From positions 62,001 to 126,000 of the forward strand of contig MU053606.1 of NCBI GenBank assembly GCA_013239625.1: DNA of 64,000 nt. The letters run 5' to 3'. The notes below the pieces were generated by a model. It worked only from the letters and a program-made list of their open reading frames with translations. It did not search any database and was not told the DNA's origin. This DNA comes from Lama guanicoe. Lineage: Eukaryota. The position numbers were made by a program, and so were the translations under genes. Position 1 is the stretch's first letter, and every line of letters begins with the position of its first letter. Shown here in pieces: positions 1 through 12,900 of this stretch.

Positions 1-1595
1 ATCTCTATTGATTTTCAATGAAGAAAATCCTCAATTTCCTTCTCTGCTAAGAAAATTACTGCACTTTATATTAAAAAAAAAGCAGCTTCCTTTCATAAGT
101 TTCTATCTTCAAACACCTAACTTCACAAGAATCAGTGAAACAGAACATGAAAATCATGCTGAGCTTTATCATCTACAGGTGGGCAGGGATGAAATGAATG
201 AGTACTGATCTCATGAGACGGGAAGGCTGGGGCTGTCTTATTCCTGCTACAGATGGAAGGATCCATATCTGTGAGAGTGAGGAAGGACCAAGGAAGAGAA
301 ACCAAAATTTTCTAACCCATTTCTCTTTTTCAGAGTCCCAGACAAATCAGTGTGATTGTATAAACAAAAACAAGAACATCTGCACCCTTCGAAAAGCACA
401 CTACAACTTTACTACTACACATGGCACTCTGTCACTGACCTAAAGGCTGATGACAGCCAAGAAATTTGCAGGGATCTTATTCTATGCTCATCCGTTTTTG
501 TCTTTGGAACCTCAGGAAATTTACCTCCTCTCCCTGAGTGTCATTTTCCTCATCCTTCTAATGGGAGTGTAACAGTCATTCATTTGCCCAGTGTCTATTC
601 GACAACAGGAGACAGCTTATGAAAACAACAACAAAAAAAGCAAAACAGCAATTCTGATCTGTGCTGTCTTCCTCCTCCTCCCTGAACATGAACTTACAGG
701 GTAAAATGGCATCATTCACTAAATCCCGAACTTAAGGAGCAGTTCTGATAAGGAAGTCACAGGACTGCTGTGTAACAGGGAAATGACCTGGTGAAAAAGA
801 ATGAGTTGCCAGCAAATCCTCAAAACCCATAAGGTTGCAAACCCTGGGAGCTACAGGCATGGGTGGGAGTTCCTTAGTTCCCCATTTCACAAAGCCAAGA
901 ACATTGCAGGGTCCATGAAAGACACAGGTAGCCCAGTACAACCACACCACTGTTTGGAGTACACCGGGGCCACATCGCTGCTGACCTGTACTTCTGTGTG
1001 TCCCAGAGCAAGAGCCCTGGGCGGGGGTGATTGTGTCTGAGGCTGGACAAGAACTTCCTGTTCTGTCTCTTTTGCTCTCTCTCTTCCAGCAATAAAACAA
1101 CTGGTAGGACTCTGGTGGGGAGAACTGCACCCACATTCTCTGGCAAACCACACACCAGGCAGCTCTAGCTGATCTGAGAGAGGACTCTTCAATGAACATA
1201 TATACACCAAAGTCAGGCAGAAGGCTGCCTGTGACCTTGGGAATCCAAACCAGCTTGTCCTGTTAATCAGGATATTCAACATCTAAAGAAAGTGTGCACC
1301 AGATGAAGACGATGCCTTAGACAGCATTGGAGATTATGTCCAGCAGTGTCTAAGGAAAAGTCATGCTCTGGTGGATGGGAGCATTTTGGTTGCTTTAAGT
1401 TTGCTACTGAAGTGCTGGGACATTTCATTGGGCCTTGAAACTCCAGACCTCTTTACTCACAAAGGCAGACAAGTTAGGTGAGCCAGCTCAGCCTTTATTC
1501 CAACTTCCTAACCAAAAGGCTATGAGGTTGAAAATATATTTCTCAGACTCTTCTGCAGCAAGGGTTCCAGAAGTGGCTTTAAAAATGCCCATCAG

Positions 1596-1834
1596 AGATT
1601 GAGATTTGCAAATATTAACTACTGTATATAAAAATAGCTTAAAAAAATACATTTCTTATGTATAGCACAGGGAACTATATTTAATATATTATAATAACCT
1701 TTAATGAAAAAGAATATGGAAAGGAATTCATACATATATATGTGTATATGAATGACTGGAACCTTGTGCTGTACATCAGAAATTAACACATTGTAACTGA
1801 CTATACTTCAATTAAATATATACATCTAAATATG
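1596..1834 (+). mobile_element. 5'-truncated LINE-1 3' UTR fragment with 11-bp target-site duplication
   Basis: L1 3' UTR text (gtatagcacagggaactatatt...ttgtaactgactatacttcaatt) flanked by atgcccatcag at 1585-1595 and 1835-1845. Confidence 0.85.
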
Positions 1835-4684
1835 ATGCCCATCAGCAGCATCTGAGTGTCACTGAAAGCAGAAAGCCAGATGAATGGAGGCAGAGGTGGT
1901 TGGAGGAGCTACGTTAACTGATCTTCAAGTGAGTTAGGGTAACAGCTTCCTGAAATCCTCCCCACCCCTCCTGATGAGCCAGGTGTCTGGCATTTCTCTG
2001 GAAATCACTAGGCGCAGCCTGGAACTCAAAAGTAAAAATTTAAACAGCATTCAGGCAGCAAAGGGACTGGCAGGACGTGTTGGACAAAAGTAGGTCAGAA
2101 TCAACAAGGAATGAGGAGGGGATAGAACGTGTGCTGAGGACCTTGACTTAAGTGGTGAATTGTCTGTGTTGAGGAATCTGTGTCAGTATGAGTAGATGGA
2201 TTGGTGTGGACTAAAATGGTGGCCATTGTTCAGATAAGTGTGTGATTTGGACTATATTTATTAGAGAAGGGTTTTTTTTTCCCCTTCAACATTGACCATT
2301 TCTAGGGAGCAGAAAAATAATCTGCCACACAACATCTAAGTGCAAAAGAGATGCTACAGGATGATGGTGGTATGAAAAATTTCAGTTTTGCAGTTCCAAG
2401 ATTTCCTTAATGAGGTTCACAGTAGTAGGTACTTAAAATAAAATAAGGTACTTATAATAAAGACATCATCATATGTACATATCCTTAAAGATACACATAT
2501 GGTGCTATAAGTGGGCCTGAAATGTATTCTGCATTCTAAAATACAATGAAATAAAATCAGTAGCTCAATATGCCTGTTGGCTCTATAAACATGATATAGC
2601 TCATGATCACAGAAAGCAAGATCAGCTAGGAAATTTGAGATTTGTCTTTTCCAGTGTCAAAGTTAATATTTTTTGCTTTACTTAAAAAGCATTTTTTTAA
2701 TTAGGGCTGTCAGCATCCATTGGTATATGGGGCTCACTAGATGTGTTCAGATGTTCTAGACAGTGAATCAGAGTAAAGACTGAGGTTTAGACAGTAGTTA
2801 AATGCCTCACCCGTGTGATCAGCATCCACAAACTGTTATACTGAAAATCCTTACAAGTGAGAACTTCATTAAAGCAACGAAAAGTGAGGGAAAAAATAGC
2901 CACAGACTAGTGGAAGTTTTGTAACGTGTAAATATGACAAAGGACTATTCATGAGCATATTTTTTAAAACCCTTATACTTTAATAAGAAAAACAACAAAC
3001 TGGTGAGACGGAGAAGATGGCGGAGTAGAAGGACGCTCATAAGTCACCCTCTCTCACACATACACCAAGACCGACATCTACAGACCCACTCGGCCAACCA
3101 GAGCACCTGCGAACTCCAACAGAACATCACCCTCTTCAAAAGATAAAGACGCCAAAAATCTGGTAGGAGAAAAGGATAAAAGAAAGAACAAAAGACAAAG
3201 CAGCGTGGGACGGGTCCAGCGGGGAGAGAGCGGCAAAGGAGGACTGGCGCTCACTCGCTGGGTCTCCCCTCTCCAACTGAGAGGCCAGCTGGACGGAGAG
3301 GGAGCCTCCGAGGCTCGGATCTGTACAGAGCAGCCCGTGTCTGACAGAACTAAGTTAAACGGGCACAGAGTGTCCCCCCCCCGACATCCAGCCTGACATG
3401 CGGGCCAGCAGCGGCAGGCAGGGCCAGGCTGCACAAGCCGGGTGGAGGACTGGGGCAGCTGCACAGAGGCAGCCCCAGGGGACTGCAAGGGGATGGGCAC
3501 CGTGGCTGTGGGTATACAGGACAGAACAACCTTGGCCCTCCATAAAACAGCAAGGTTGATGTGCTCTCAGGGGAAGGGTGCATACCCCCATCTCTGAAAA
3601 CTCGTGGAAACTTTTCAGCGGAAGAGAGGCGGGGCTCATGCACAGCCGCCATATCCTCTGGTGCTTAGCACCCAGGCGGGGGCAGGGGTGAAACCTGCAT
3701 CAGCACCGAAGGGCTTAGAGCCTCAAAGGCCAGACTGAGACTGGCCTACAGCCCGGGGCAGATAGGATCCTTCCAGCCTGGTCTCTCAGAGAACTTGCTC
3801 CACAAAGACAAACAAGGAGATGGGTTTTGGCTTGGAGCAGGGATGAGGCTGTCCCTCGGTCTTCCCCAAGCCCACCCGCGGAGCACGGACCAGGGCGGAG
3901 CACGCAGCTGCACAGAGCAGCAGTGCTACCGGCAGCGCAGGCAGAGGGAGAGCGGTCCCCCGCCTGTCGGGCAGGAACACAGCCCCTGACCGAGGCGCTG
4001 GGAGGGTGCACGACCAGCCCTCCTGCCTGGCCAGTCTGCAACATCTGACTGCGGAATCCGGAGGGGCAGTGATCCGCCCACCCACAGCAGTGGAGAGCTG
4101 CAGCTGACCCCGTGTTAGAAGGAGGCGCGATCTGCTTGCCGACAGGTGCTGTGAGCAGCACAGAAGAGGGCTCCAATGGAGAGCCTCTGAAAACAAGCTG
4201 AGCTTCCAAAGCAGGACGAAGACAGAAAGATTTCACAATAAAAGCACACAGACTCCAGGAGAACACCGACAACCACTTTTTATTTATTTATTTTTTAAAA
4301 ATCTATTTTCACCTGTTCTATTTTCTATTACTCTCTTAATTTTTACTTCTTAATTCATTTCTATTTCTCTTGGGTTTTGATGTCCTGTTATTGATTAGAC
4401 ACAGGTTTCAAATACATCTATTCATCTCCCCACCACTTTTTTTTAAAAGGTTTTAAAAGGACGTCTCAACCCAATTAATACTCTGCTTCAACTCGCTCTT
4501 CAAATATTCATATACACTATTTTCAAACCCTCTTTCTCCCTTTTTTTAAAAATCTTTCTCTCTCTCTCTCTTATTTTTTTCTTTTTTTTCCAAAGTTCTA
4601 TTCCTAAATAGGCATTAGATAGACAAAATCCTTAAGATCCAAAATAGACAACTGATACTCCATAAACCACAGTGCCAGAGAGGT

Positions 4685-5587
4685 ATGAGCAAGATGAAGA
4701 AGCAGAGAAACCTTTCCCAATTAAAACAACAAGAGGAATCCCCTGAAAGAAAGATCAATGAAATAGACATTGATATCCTACAAGATCAAGATTTCAAAAA
4801 AGGACTGATCAAATTGCTGAAGGAATTAAAAGAGATAGCGTTTAGAGATATAAATTATGTCAAAAATGAAATTGAAGCTATAAAGAAGAGCCAAGTAGAA
4901 TGGGTAAACACATTGACAGAGATGAGGAATTATCTAATAGCTGCGCAAAGCTGACTAGATATTGCAGAGGAATGAAATAGTGATCTAGAAGACAGGGCAA
5001 TAGAAAGCACCCATTCAGAAGAACTACAAGATAAGTAAATAAAAAATAACAAAAATAGCATAAGGGACCTATGGGATATTACAAAGCATCCCAATCTTCT
5101 CATAATAGGGGTCGCAGAAGGGGAAGAAGGATCAAAGGGTATTGAAAAGGTTTTTGAAGAAATCATGACTGAAAACTTCCCAAACTTAAAGAAGGAATCA
5201 GATATACAAGTACAGGAAGCTCAGAGGGTCCCAAACAGGAAGAACCCAAATAGACCCACACCAAGACATATCATAATCAAGATGGCCAGAGTCAAGGATA
5301 AAGAAATGATTCTAAAGGCAGCAAGAGAAAAGCAAAGAGTGAACTACAAGGGAACCCCCATAAGGCTCTCAGCTGATTTCTCTACACAAACACTACAGGC
5401 CAGAAGGGAGTGGCAAGATATATTCAAAGCCCTGAATGAAAAAAAGATGCAGCCTAGGATACTTTATCCAGCAAGGCTATCCTTTAGGATAGAAGGAGAA
5501 ATAAAGAGTTTCACAGACAAAAAAAAGCTGCAGGAGTTTAGCAACACTAAACCCATGCTAAAAGAAATATTGAAAGGGCTATTCTAA
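4685..5587 (+). pseudogene. L1 ORF1p (RNA-binding protein), disrupted by in-frame stops
   Basis: ORFs 4685-4954 and 5165-5587 are in one frame; motifs ENFPNL, QEAQRVP, PRHIIIK, IRLSADFS, ARREW, YPARLSF. Confidence 0.93.
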
Positions 5588-5985
5588 ATAGAAAAGCAGC
5601 AGGATGCTACAGAAATGAGAAACGTACAACTGGAAAGGTGATAACTCATGAATTACAAATAAAGAAAACACGAAATTATAAAAGAAGACATACAAATCAC
5701 TGAGAGTGGGAGAGGGAGGCAGGGAAATATAGAATTTTTTTTCTTTCTTTTTTTAAATTTTTTTAACAGTAGGATGGGTTTGAGATCATGTTATTATCAG
5801 TTTATTAAAAACGGGTATAGGTTAATAGATTTACAAAAAAGGGTAACCACAAGTCAAAAATTTACAAGGGAGTCACAAAAATTAAATAAAATCCATGATA
5901 ATACAAAGGAAAATTACCAAACCACAAAAGGAAGAAGAAAGGAACAAAGAGGATATACCAATTCAACTGCAAAGATAAGTTCAAA

Positions 5986-8900
5986 ATGGCAATAAACACA
6001 CATCTATCATTAATTACTGTAAATGTTAATGGACTAAATGCTCCAGTCAAAAGACATAGAGTGGCAGACTGGATAATAAAGCAAGAACCTTCAATATGCT
6101 GCATACAAGAGACCCACTTTAGGGAGAAGGACACATATAGATTGAGAGTGAAAGGATGGAAAAGGATATTCCATGCAAATGGAAAAGCCAAAAAAGCAGG
6201 TGTTGCAGTACTGATTTCAGACAAAATAGACTTTAAAACAAAGGCCATAAAGAAAGATAAAGAAGGATATTTTATAATGATTAAAGGAGTGATACAAGAT
6301 GAAGATATTACACTCGTTAATATATATGCACCCAATATAGGAGCACCTAAGTACATACAAGAATTACTAACAGAGATAAAGGGGGATATTGATGGGAATA
6401 CAATCATAGTTGGAGATTTTAACACTGCATTAACATCACTAGACAGATCTTCCAGACAGAAAATAAACAAGGCATCAGAGAAATTAAATACTACAATAGA
6501 AAAACTAGATTTGGTGGATATTTTCAGAGCATTTCACACCCCAAAATAGGATATACATTCTTTTGAAGTGCACATGGAACATTTTCCAAGATCGATCATG
6601 TACTTGGGCACAAAAGAAACCTCAACAAATTTAAGAAGATAGAAATTATCTCAAGCATCTTTACTGACCACAATGCCATGAAACTGGAAATCAACAACAG
6701 AGAAACAAAGTAGAAAAAAAGGAAAGCATGGAGATTAAACAATATGTTATTGAAAAAACAATGGATCAATGGGGAAATTAAAGCTGAAATTAAAAAATAC
6801 ATTGCGACAAATGATAATGAACGCAGAACCACTCAAAACATATGGGGCACAGCAAAGGAAGTGCTAAGAGAGAAGTTTATAGCGATACAGGCCTTCCTCA
6901 AAAAAGAAGAAAAATCTCAAATAAACAAGTTAACCCACCACCTGAATGAATTAGAAAACGAAGAACAAAAAGCCCCAAAAAGAAGCAGAAGGAAGGAAAA
7001 ATAAAGATCAGAGAGGAATTAAATACAATAGAGATTAACAAGACCATAGAAAAAATCAACCAAACCAAAAGCTGGTTTTTTGAAAAAGTAAATAAAATCG
7101 ACAAACCTCTGGCCAAACTCACAAAGAAGAAAAAAGAGAGAGCACAAATTAGCAAAATAAGAAAGGAAAATGGAGAAATTACAACAAACAAAATAGAAAT
7201 ACAGAATATCATACGAGAATATTATGAAAAACTATATGGAACCAAACTGGATAACCTAGAGGAGATGGACAAATTTCTGGAAACATACTGTCCACCAAAA
7301 CTGAATCAAGAAGAAACTGAACACTTGAACAATCCGATCACTAGAAAGGAAATAGAAATAGCAATTAAAAACCTCCCTACAAATAAAAGTCCAGGGCCGG
7401 ATGGCTTCACCGTAGAATTCTACCAAACATACAAAGAAGAACTCATACTAGTCTTTCTCAAACTCTTCCAGACGATTGAAAAGGAGGGAATACTCCCAAA
7501 CTCATTCTATGAAGCCACCATCACCCTGATACCAAAACCAGGCAAAGACACTACAAAAAAAGAGAATTATAGGCCAATATCACTGATGAACATAGACGCC
7601 AAAATCCTCACCAAAATTTTAGCAAATAAAATCCAACAGCACATAAAAAAGCTTATACATCATGAGCAAGTGGGGTTCATCTCAGGGACACAAGGCTGGT
7701 TCAACATACACAAATCAATGAATGTAATACATCACATCAACAAGGGAAACGACAAAAACCACATGATCATCTCAATCGATGCAGAAAAAGCATTTGATAA
7801 AATTCAACATCCATTTATGATAAAATTTCTCACCATAGTGGGTATAGAGGGAACATATCTCAACATAGTAAAGGCTATATATGACAAACTTACAGCCAGC
7901 ATAGTACTCAATGGTGAAAAACTCAAAAGCTTCCCACTAAAATCTGGGACAAGACAAGGATGTCCACTATCACCCCTCCTATTCAACATAGTCGTGGAAG
8001 TCCTAGCCACAGCAGTTAGGTAAGAGAAATAAATAAAAGGGATCCAAATTGGAAAAGAAGAGGTAAAAGTGTAATTATATGCTGATGACATGCTACTATA
8101 TATAGAAAACCCTAAAAGGTCCACACAAAAGCTACTAGAGCTGATTGAAGAATTCAGCAAGGTAGCAGGTTACAAAATTAACGTTCAAAAATCAATTGCA
8201 TTTCTTTACACTAATGATAAATCAACAGAAAAAAGAAAGTAAAGAAACAATCCCCTTTAAAAAAGCATCCAAAGTAATAAAATATCTGGAAATAAATCTC
8301 ACCAAGAAGGTGAAAGAATTATACACAGAAAACTATAAACCATTGATGAAGGAAATTAAAGAAGACTTTAAAAAATGGAAAGATATTCCATGCTCCTGGA
8401 TTGGAAGAATCAATATTGATAAAATGGTCACACTGCCCAAGGCAATCTACAGATTTAATGCAATCCCTATCCAATTACCCAGGACATATTTCACAGAACT
8501 AGAACAAACAATAATAAAATTTATATGGAACCATCAAAGAACAAGAATTGCCAAATCATTACTGAAGAGAAAGAAAGAGGCTGGAGGAATAACTCTCCCA
8601 GACTTCAGACAATACTATAGAGCTACAGTCATCAAGACAGCATGGTATTGGTACCAAAACAGACATATAGACAAATGGAACAGAATAGAGAGCCCAGAAA
8701 TGAACCCACAAANNNNNNNNNNNNNNNNNNNNNNNNNNNNNNNNNNNNNNNNNNNNNNNNNNNNNNNNNNNNNNNNNNNNNNNNNNNNNNNNNNNNNNNN
8801 NNNNNNNNNNNNNNNNNNNNNNNNNNNNNNNNNNNNNNNNNNNNNNNNNNNNNNNNNNNNNNNNNNNNNNNNNNNNNNNNNNNNNNNNNNNNNNNNNNNN

Positions 8901-9474
8901 NNNNNNNNNNNNNNNNNNNNNNNNNNNNNNNNNNNNNNNNNNNNNNNNNNNNNNNNNNNNNNNNNNNNNNNNNNNNNNNNNNNNNNNNNNNNNNNNNNNN
9001 NNNNNNNNNNNNNNNNNNNNNNNNNNNNNNAATGACAAATGCTGGAGAGGCTGTGGAGAAAGGGGAACCCTCCTACACTGCTGGTGGGAATGCAGTTTGG
9101 TGCAGCCACTGTGGAAAACAGTGTGGAGATTCCTCAAAAGACTAGGAATAGACTTACCATATGACCCAGGAATCCCACTCCTGGGCTTGTATCCAGAAGG
9201 AAATCTACTTCAGGGTGACACCTGCACCCCAATGTTCATAGCAGCAGTATTTACAATAGCCAAAACATGGAAACAGCCTAAATGTCCATCAACAGGTGAC
9301 TGGATACAGAAGAAATGGTATATTTATACAATGGAGTGCTACTCAGCCATAAAAACCGACAATATAACGCCATTTGCAGCAACATGGATGCTCCTGGAGA
9401 ATGTCATTCTAAGTGAAGTAAGCCAGAAAGAGAAAGAAAAATACCATATGGGATCACTCATATGTGGAATCTAA
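5986..9474 (+). pseudogene. L1 ORF2p (APE endonuclease, reverse transcriptase, Cys-rich C-terminus), disrupted
   Basis: Endonuclease motifs NVNGLN, QETH, NIYAP, GDFN; RT motifs PGPDG, YRPISL, QGCPLSP, YADD (tatgctgatgac near 8078); frameshifts and stops split the ORF; gap 8713-9030. Confidence 0.95.
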
Positions 9475-9989
9475 AAAACAAAAACAAACAAACAAAAACA
9501 AAGCATAAATACAGGACAGAAATAGACTCATTGACAAAGAATACAGACTTGTGGTTACCAGGGGGATGGATGGTGGGAAGGGATAGACTGGGATTTCAAA
9601 ATTGAAGAATAGATAAACAATATTACACTGTATAGCAAAGGGAAATATACACAAAATGTTATGGTAAATCACAGAGAAAAAAATGTGACAATGAGTGTGT
9701 ATATGTCCATCAATGACTGCAAAATTTTGCTGAACACTGGAATTTGACACAACATTGTAAAATGATTATAAATCAATAAAAATATTAAAAAAAGAAAAAG
9801 AAATAAAGACAGATTAATCTTTTAAAAAAAAGAAAAATACAACAAACTGACAACAGGTTGCACACTGCTTCTTGTAGGAGAAGCCATGCAGATGGACTCT
9901 TATGTGAATGGGGCTGGAGCTGTAGAATTAGTAAGTCTTGTGTGTAACTCAGTTAAAAACAAATGCAAACGGGATACACTTCTAGAATA

Positions 9990-12900
9990 TCTGAGTAAAA
10001 ATCTTGGAAATCTTACTCCTCTATGAAGCAATGACAATGGCAAAATTTGTCAAAATTAACCTCTGCAGAACTCTGGAAATTAAACAAAGGCTTCCAGCAA
10101 TCCGGGGTGTGTTTATTTGAGAAAAACAAAAAACAGCTAAATCTCCATAGAGATAGTGAGTTTTGTGGCATTTTAACTTGATCTACCCCCCATCCCCATA
10201 TCCTCTCCTTAAATGGTGGCCTTTAGAAGCAACAGTCTCACAATCAAGGTAGGGGCAGAATTGATTTAAAGTTACCCATATAATCCGTCCCCAGAGAGCT
10301 GTCACTATTTCACCTATCTCAAACTCATGCTGTGCAAACAGTGTGTCCCAAGTGTGTGTGGAAAACAATCAGCAGTGAGTATTTAACATTACAAATGCCT
10401 GAGGCAGTGGTACCAGTAGAGGCTAACTAGATGCTGACTAGGAAACTAAGATGGCAAAATTGAGTAATGAGACGTTCTGGGGGTGTAGGTATGGTTAATA
10501 AGCTCCAAAAAATTCTGAGAATTGTAGTCTGCCATACACATGTGTGGCACATGGCAAGGAAAGATCTGAGAAAATCTTAAGCTTTCAACTCTGGCTGAAC
10601 TTGAGGTTCTGCTTAATCAAGAACTAAATGCTATGGAAGAGCTGCAGACTGCCTGCCGTTGCTGAGGGCCTCCCTCAGCACACAGACACACAGCCACCTG
10701 GCAACAGCTCAAACGATTGGCTCCAGGCAGTGAAAGAAATCACTGTCCAATCATTATTACAGTGATGACAACTAGGCTTTCTGCACACATACTGATGTCA
10801 TGGCCATGCATGATAAAGAATACAGACTTTACAGAATTTGTTCAGAAAAGTAACTAAATAAATAGCTGCAGCAGCAATGATAATGGAAGCAACGATAAAC
10901 ACTGGAGATGAGGAAAATCTGGCTTTCAGATCTGCCACATTATAATGTTTTAAATGTCCAGTTTTCAACAGAAAATTACAAGATGTACAAAGAAACAGAA
11001 AAGTTTGGCCATAACACAGGGGAAAAAGTAGTCAAGACTAACTCCCTGAGGAAGCCCAGACACTTGACTTACTAGACAAAGACATAAATAAGGAATTACA
11101 CATATGTTCAAAGAGCTAACAGAAACCATGCCAAGAATTAAATTATGTGAACATCTCACTGTACAGAGAATATCAATAGATAAAATTTATTTTAAAAACC
11201 AACTAGAAGTTCTACTGATACAAATATCATGACTAAAATGAAAAATTCAATAAGAAGTTTCTCTGTAGATATGAACTTGTTGAAGAAAAAGTCAGTTAAC
11301 TTAAAACTACTGAGATTATCCAGTCTGTGGAACAGAAAGAAAAAGGAATGAAAAAAAAATGAACACTGTATCAGAGATAGGTGGGACACAATCAAAAATA
11401 CCAATACAAACATAATGGGAGCGCCAGAAGGAAGGAGAGAAAAAAAGGGGTAGAAAGAATATATAAAAAAATAATGGCTGAAAACTTCCCAAATTTGATG
11501 AAAACATTAATTTGTACATCCCAGCAGCTCAACAAACTACACGTGGTATAAATGTAGAGACATCTAGAATAGGCACATCAGACTCAGTGTGTCAAAAGAC
11601 AAGAACAAAGAACCTTGACAGCAGAAAGAGAAAAGTTGCTCAACATATACAAAGGCTCTTCAGTAAGACAGTTGATTTCTCATCAAAAACCATGGAGACC
11701 AGAAGGCAGTGGGATGGTATCGTCTAAGTGATAAAAGGAAAAGACTGTCGCCAAGTATTTTATAGCCAGCAAAATGATTCTTCAAAAAAATTAAAGGAGA
11801 AATTAAGACACTCCTACAAAAACAAAATCTGAAAGAATCCATTGCTAGCAGGCCTGCCCTACAAGAAATATTAAGGATAGTCCAGCAGCTGTAACTGAAA
11901 GGACACTCACCTGAAAAATGAAGAGAACTAGTAGAGGTAACTACACGAGAAAAAAAAAATAAAATAGTATAAATAGAGTATTACATGTAAGTGTTTTCTT
12001 CTAATTGATGTAAAAGACAACTGCATAAAACAATACTTATGAAACTGTGTAGATGCGTTTATAAATGCATAAATGTATAATTTGTATGACAGTGACAGCA
12101 TGAGGAGGGGGAGGGAAAAGACTGATACCAAAGCAAAGTTTTTGTGTACTTTTGAAATTAAGTTGGCATTCATGTGAACTAGATTGCTTTAAAACAAGAT
12201 GTTAATTATAATCTCCAGGGCAATGGAGGAAGATGAGGAGGAGGAGGAGGAGGAGAAGAAAAAGGTAAAATAAACAACAAATTAAAATGGCACACTTGAA
12301 AATGCCTACTTTGTACAAAAAATGTAGTGTTAGAGGAATGGGAAAAGTAAAAGACATATAGACAGCAAATAGCAGATGTAACTTCAACCTGATAAGAAAT
12401 TACCTCAATGTAAATGAGTTAAACATTCTAATCAAAATACTAAAGGTAGAAATAAATGGAATAGAGAATAAATGAACAACAGAGAATAATCAACAAAAAG
12501 AAAAGTTGGTTCTTTGAAAAGATCAACAAAATTGACAAATTTTTACCTAATACTGAAAAAAAAGAGAAGATTCAAATTACTAAAATGAGAAATGAAAGGA
12601 AGGATGTCACTACTGCCCTTACAAAAATAACAAGGAATATAAGGGAATACCATGAATAATTATATAGCCAATAAGTGAGATAATCTAGATGAAATGGGTA
12701 AATTCCTAGAAGGACATAAATGACTGAAGCTAATTCAAGGAGAAATAGAAAACTCAAATACTCCTACAATAAGTAGTGTCTGAAATAGTAATCCAAAACA
12801 TTCCCACAAGGAAATAGTAGGCTCGTATGGCTTTGCTGGTGAATTCCATCAACTACTTAAAGAAAAAACAGAAACAAAAACAAACAAACAAAAAATGCTT

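Larger units (their letters stand above)
3003..9838 (+). mobile_element. Full-length young LINE-1, probably camelid lineage, inactivated
   Basis: 5' end aagatggcgg (YY1-type motif), GC-rich 5' UTR, ORF1, ~400-bp spacer, ORF2, 3' UTR with AATAAA and poly(A); TSD core acaacaaactg at 2992-3002 and 9839-9849. Confidence 0.96.

Noticed and set aside
960..1040. DLYFC peptide and cacaatc heptamer suggesting an Ig/TCR V segment with RSS
   Set aside because: Peptide and heptamer are on opposite strands, there is no upstream V framework, and nonamer spacing fits neither 12 nor 23
1315..1355. Small hairpin ccttagaca...tgtctaagg
   Set aside because: Short imperfect stem, compatible with chance
3078..4272. 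Antisense ORFs of 140 and 185 aa in the L1 5' UTR (ORF0-like?)
   Set aside because: They start at GTG/TTG rather than ATG, lie in GC-rich sequence where long ORFs arise by chance, and have no recognisable motif
5862..8160. Hydrophobic minus-strand ORFs opposite L1 ORF2
   Set aside because: Routine antisense shadows of A-rich L1 coding sequence
8559..9145. Long ORFs spanning N-runs (also 19603-20835)
   Set aside because: Artefacts of translating through assembly gaps; gap lengths are estimates, so internal deletion cannot be inferred
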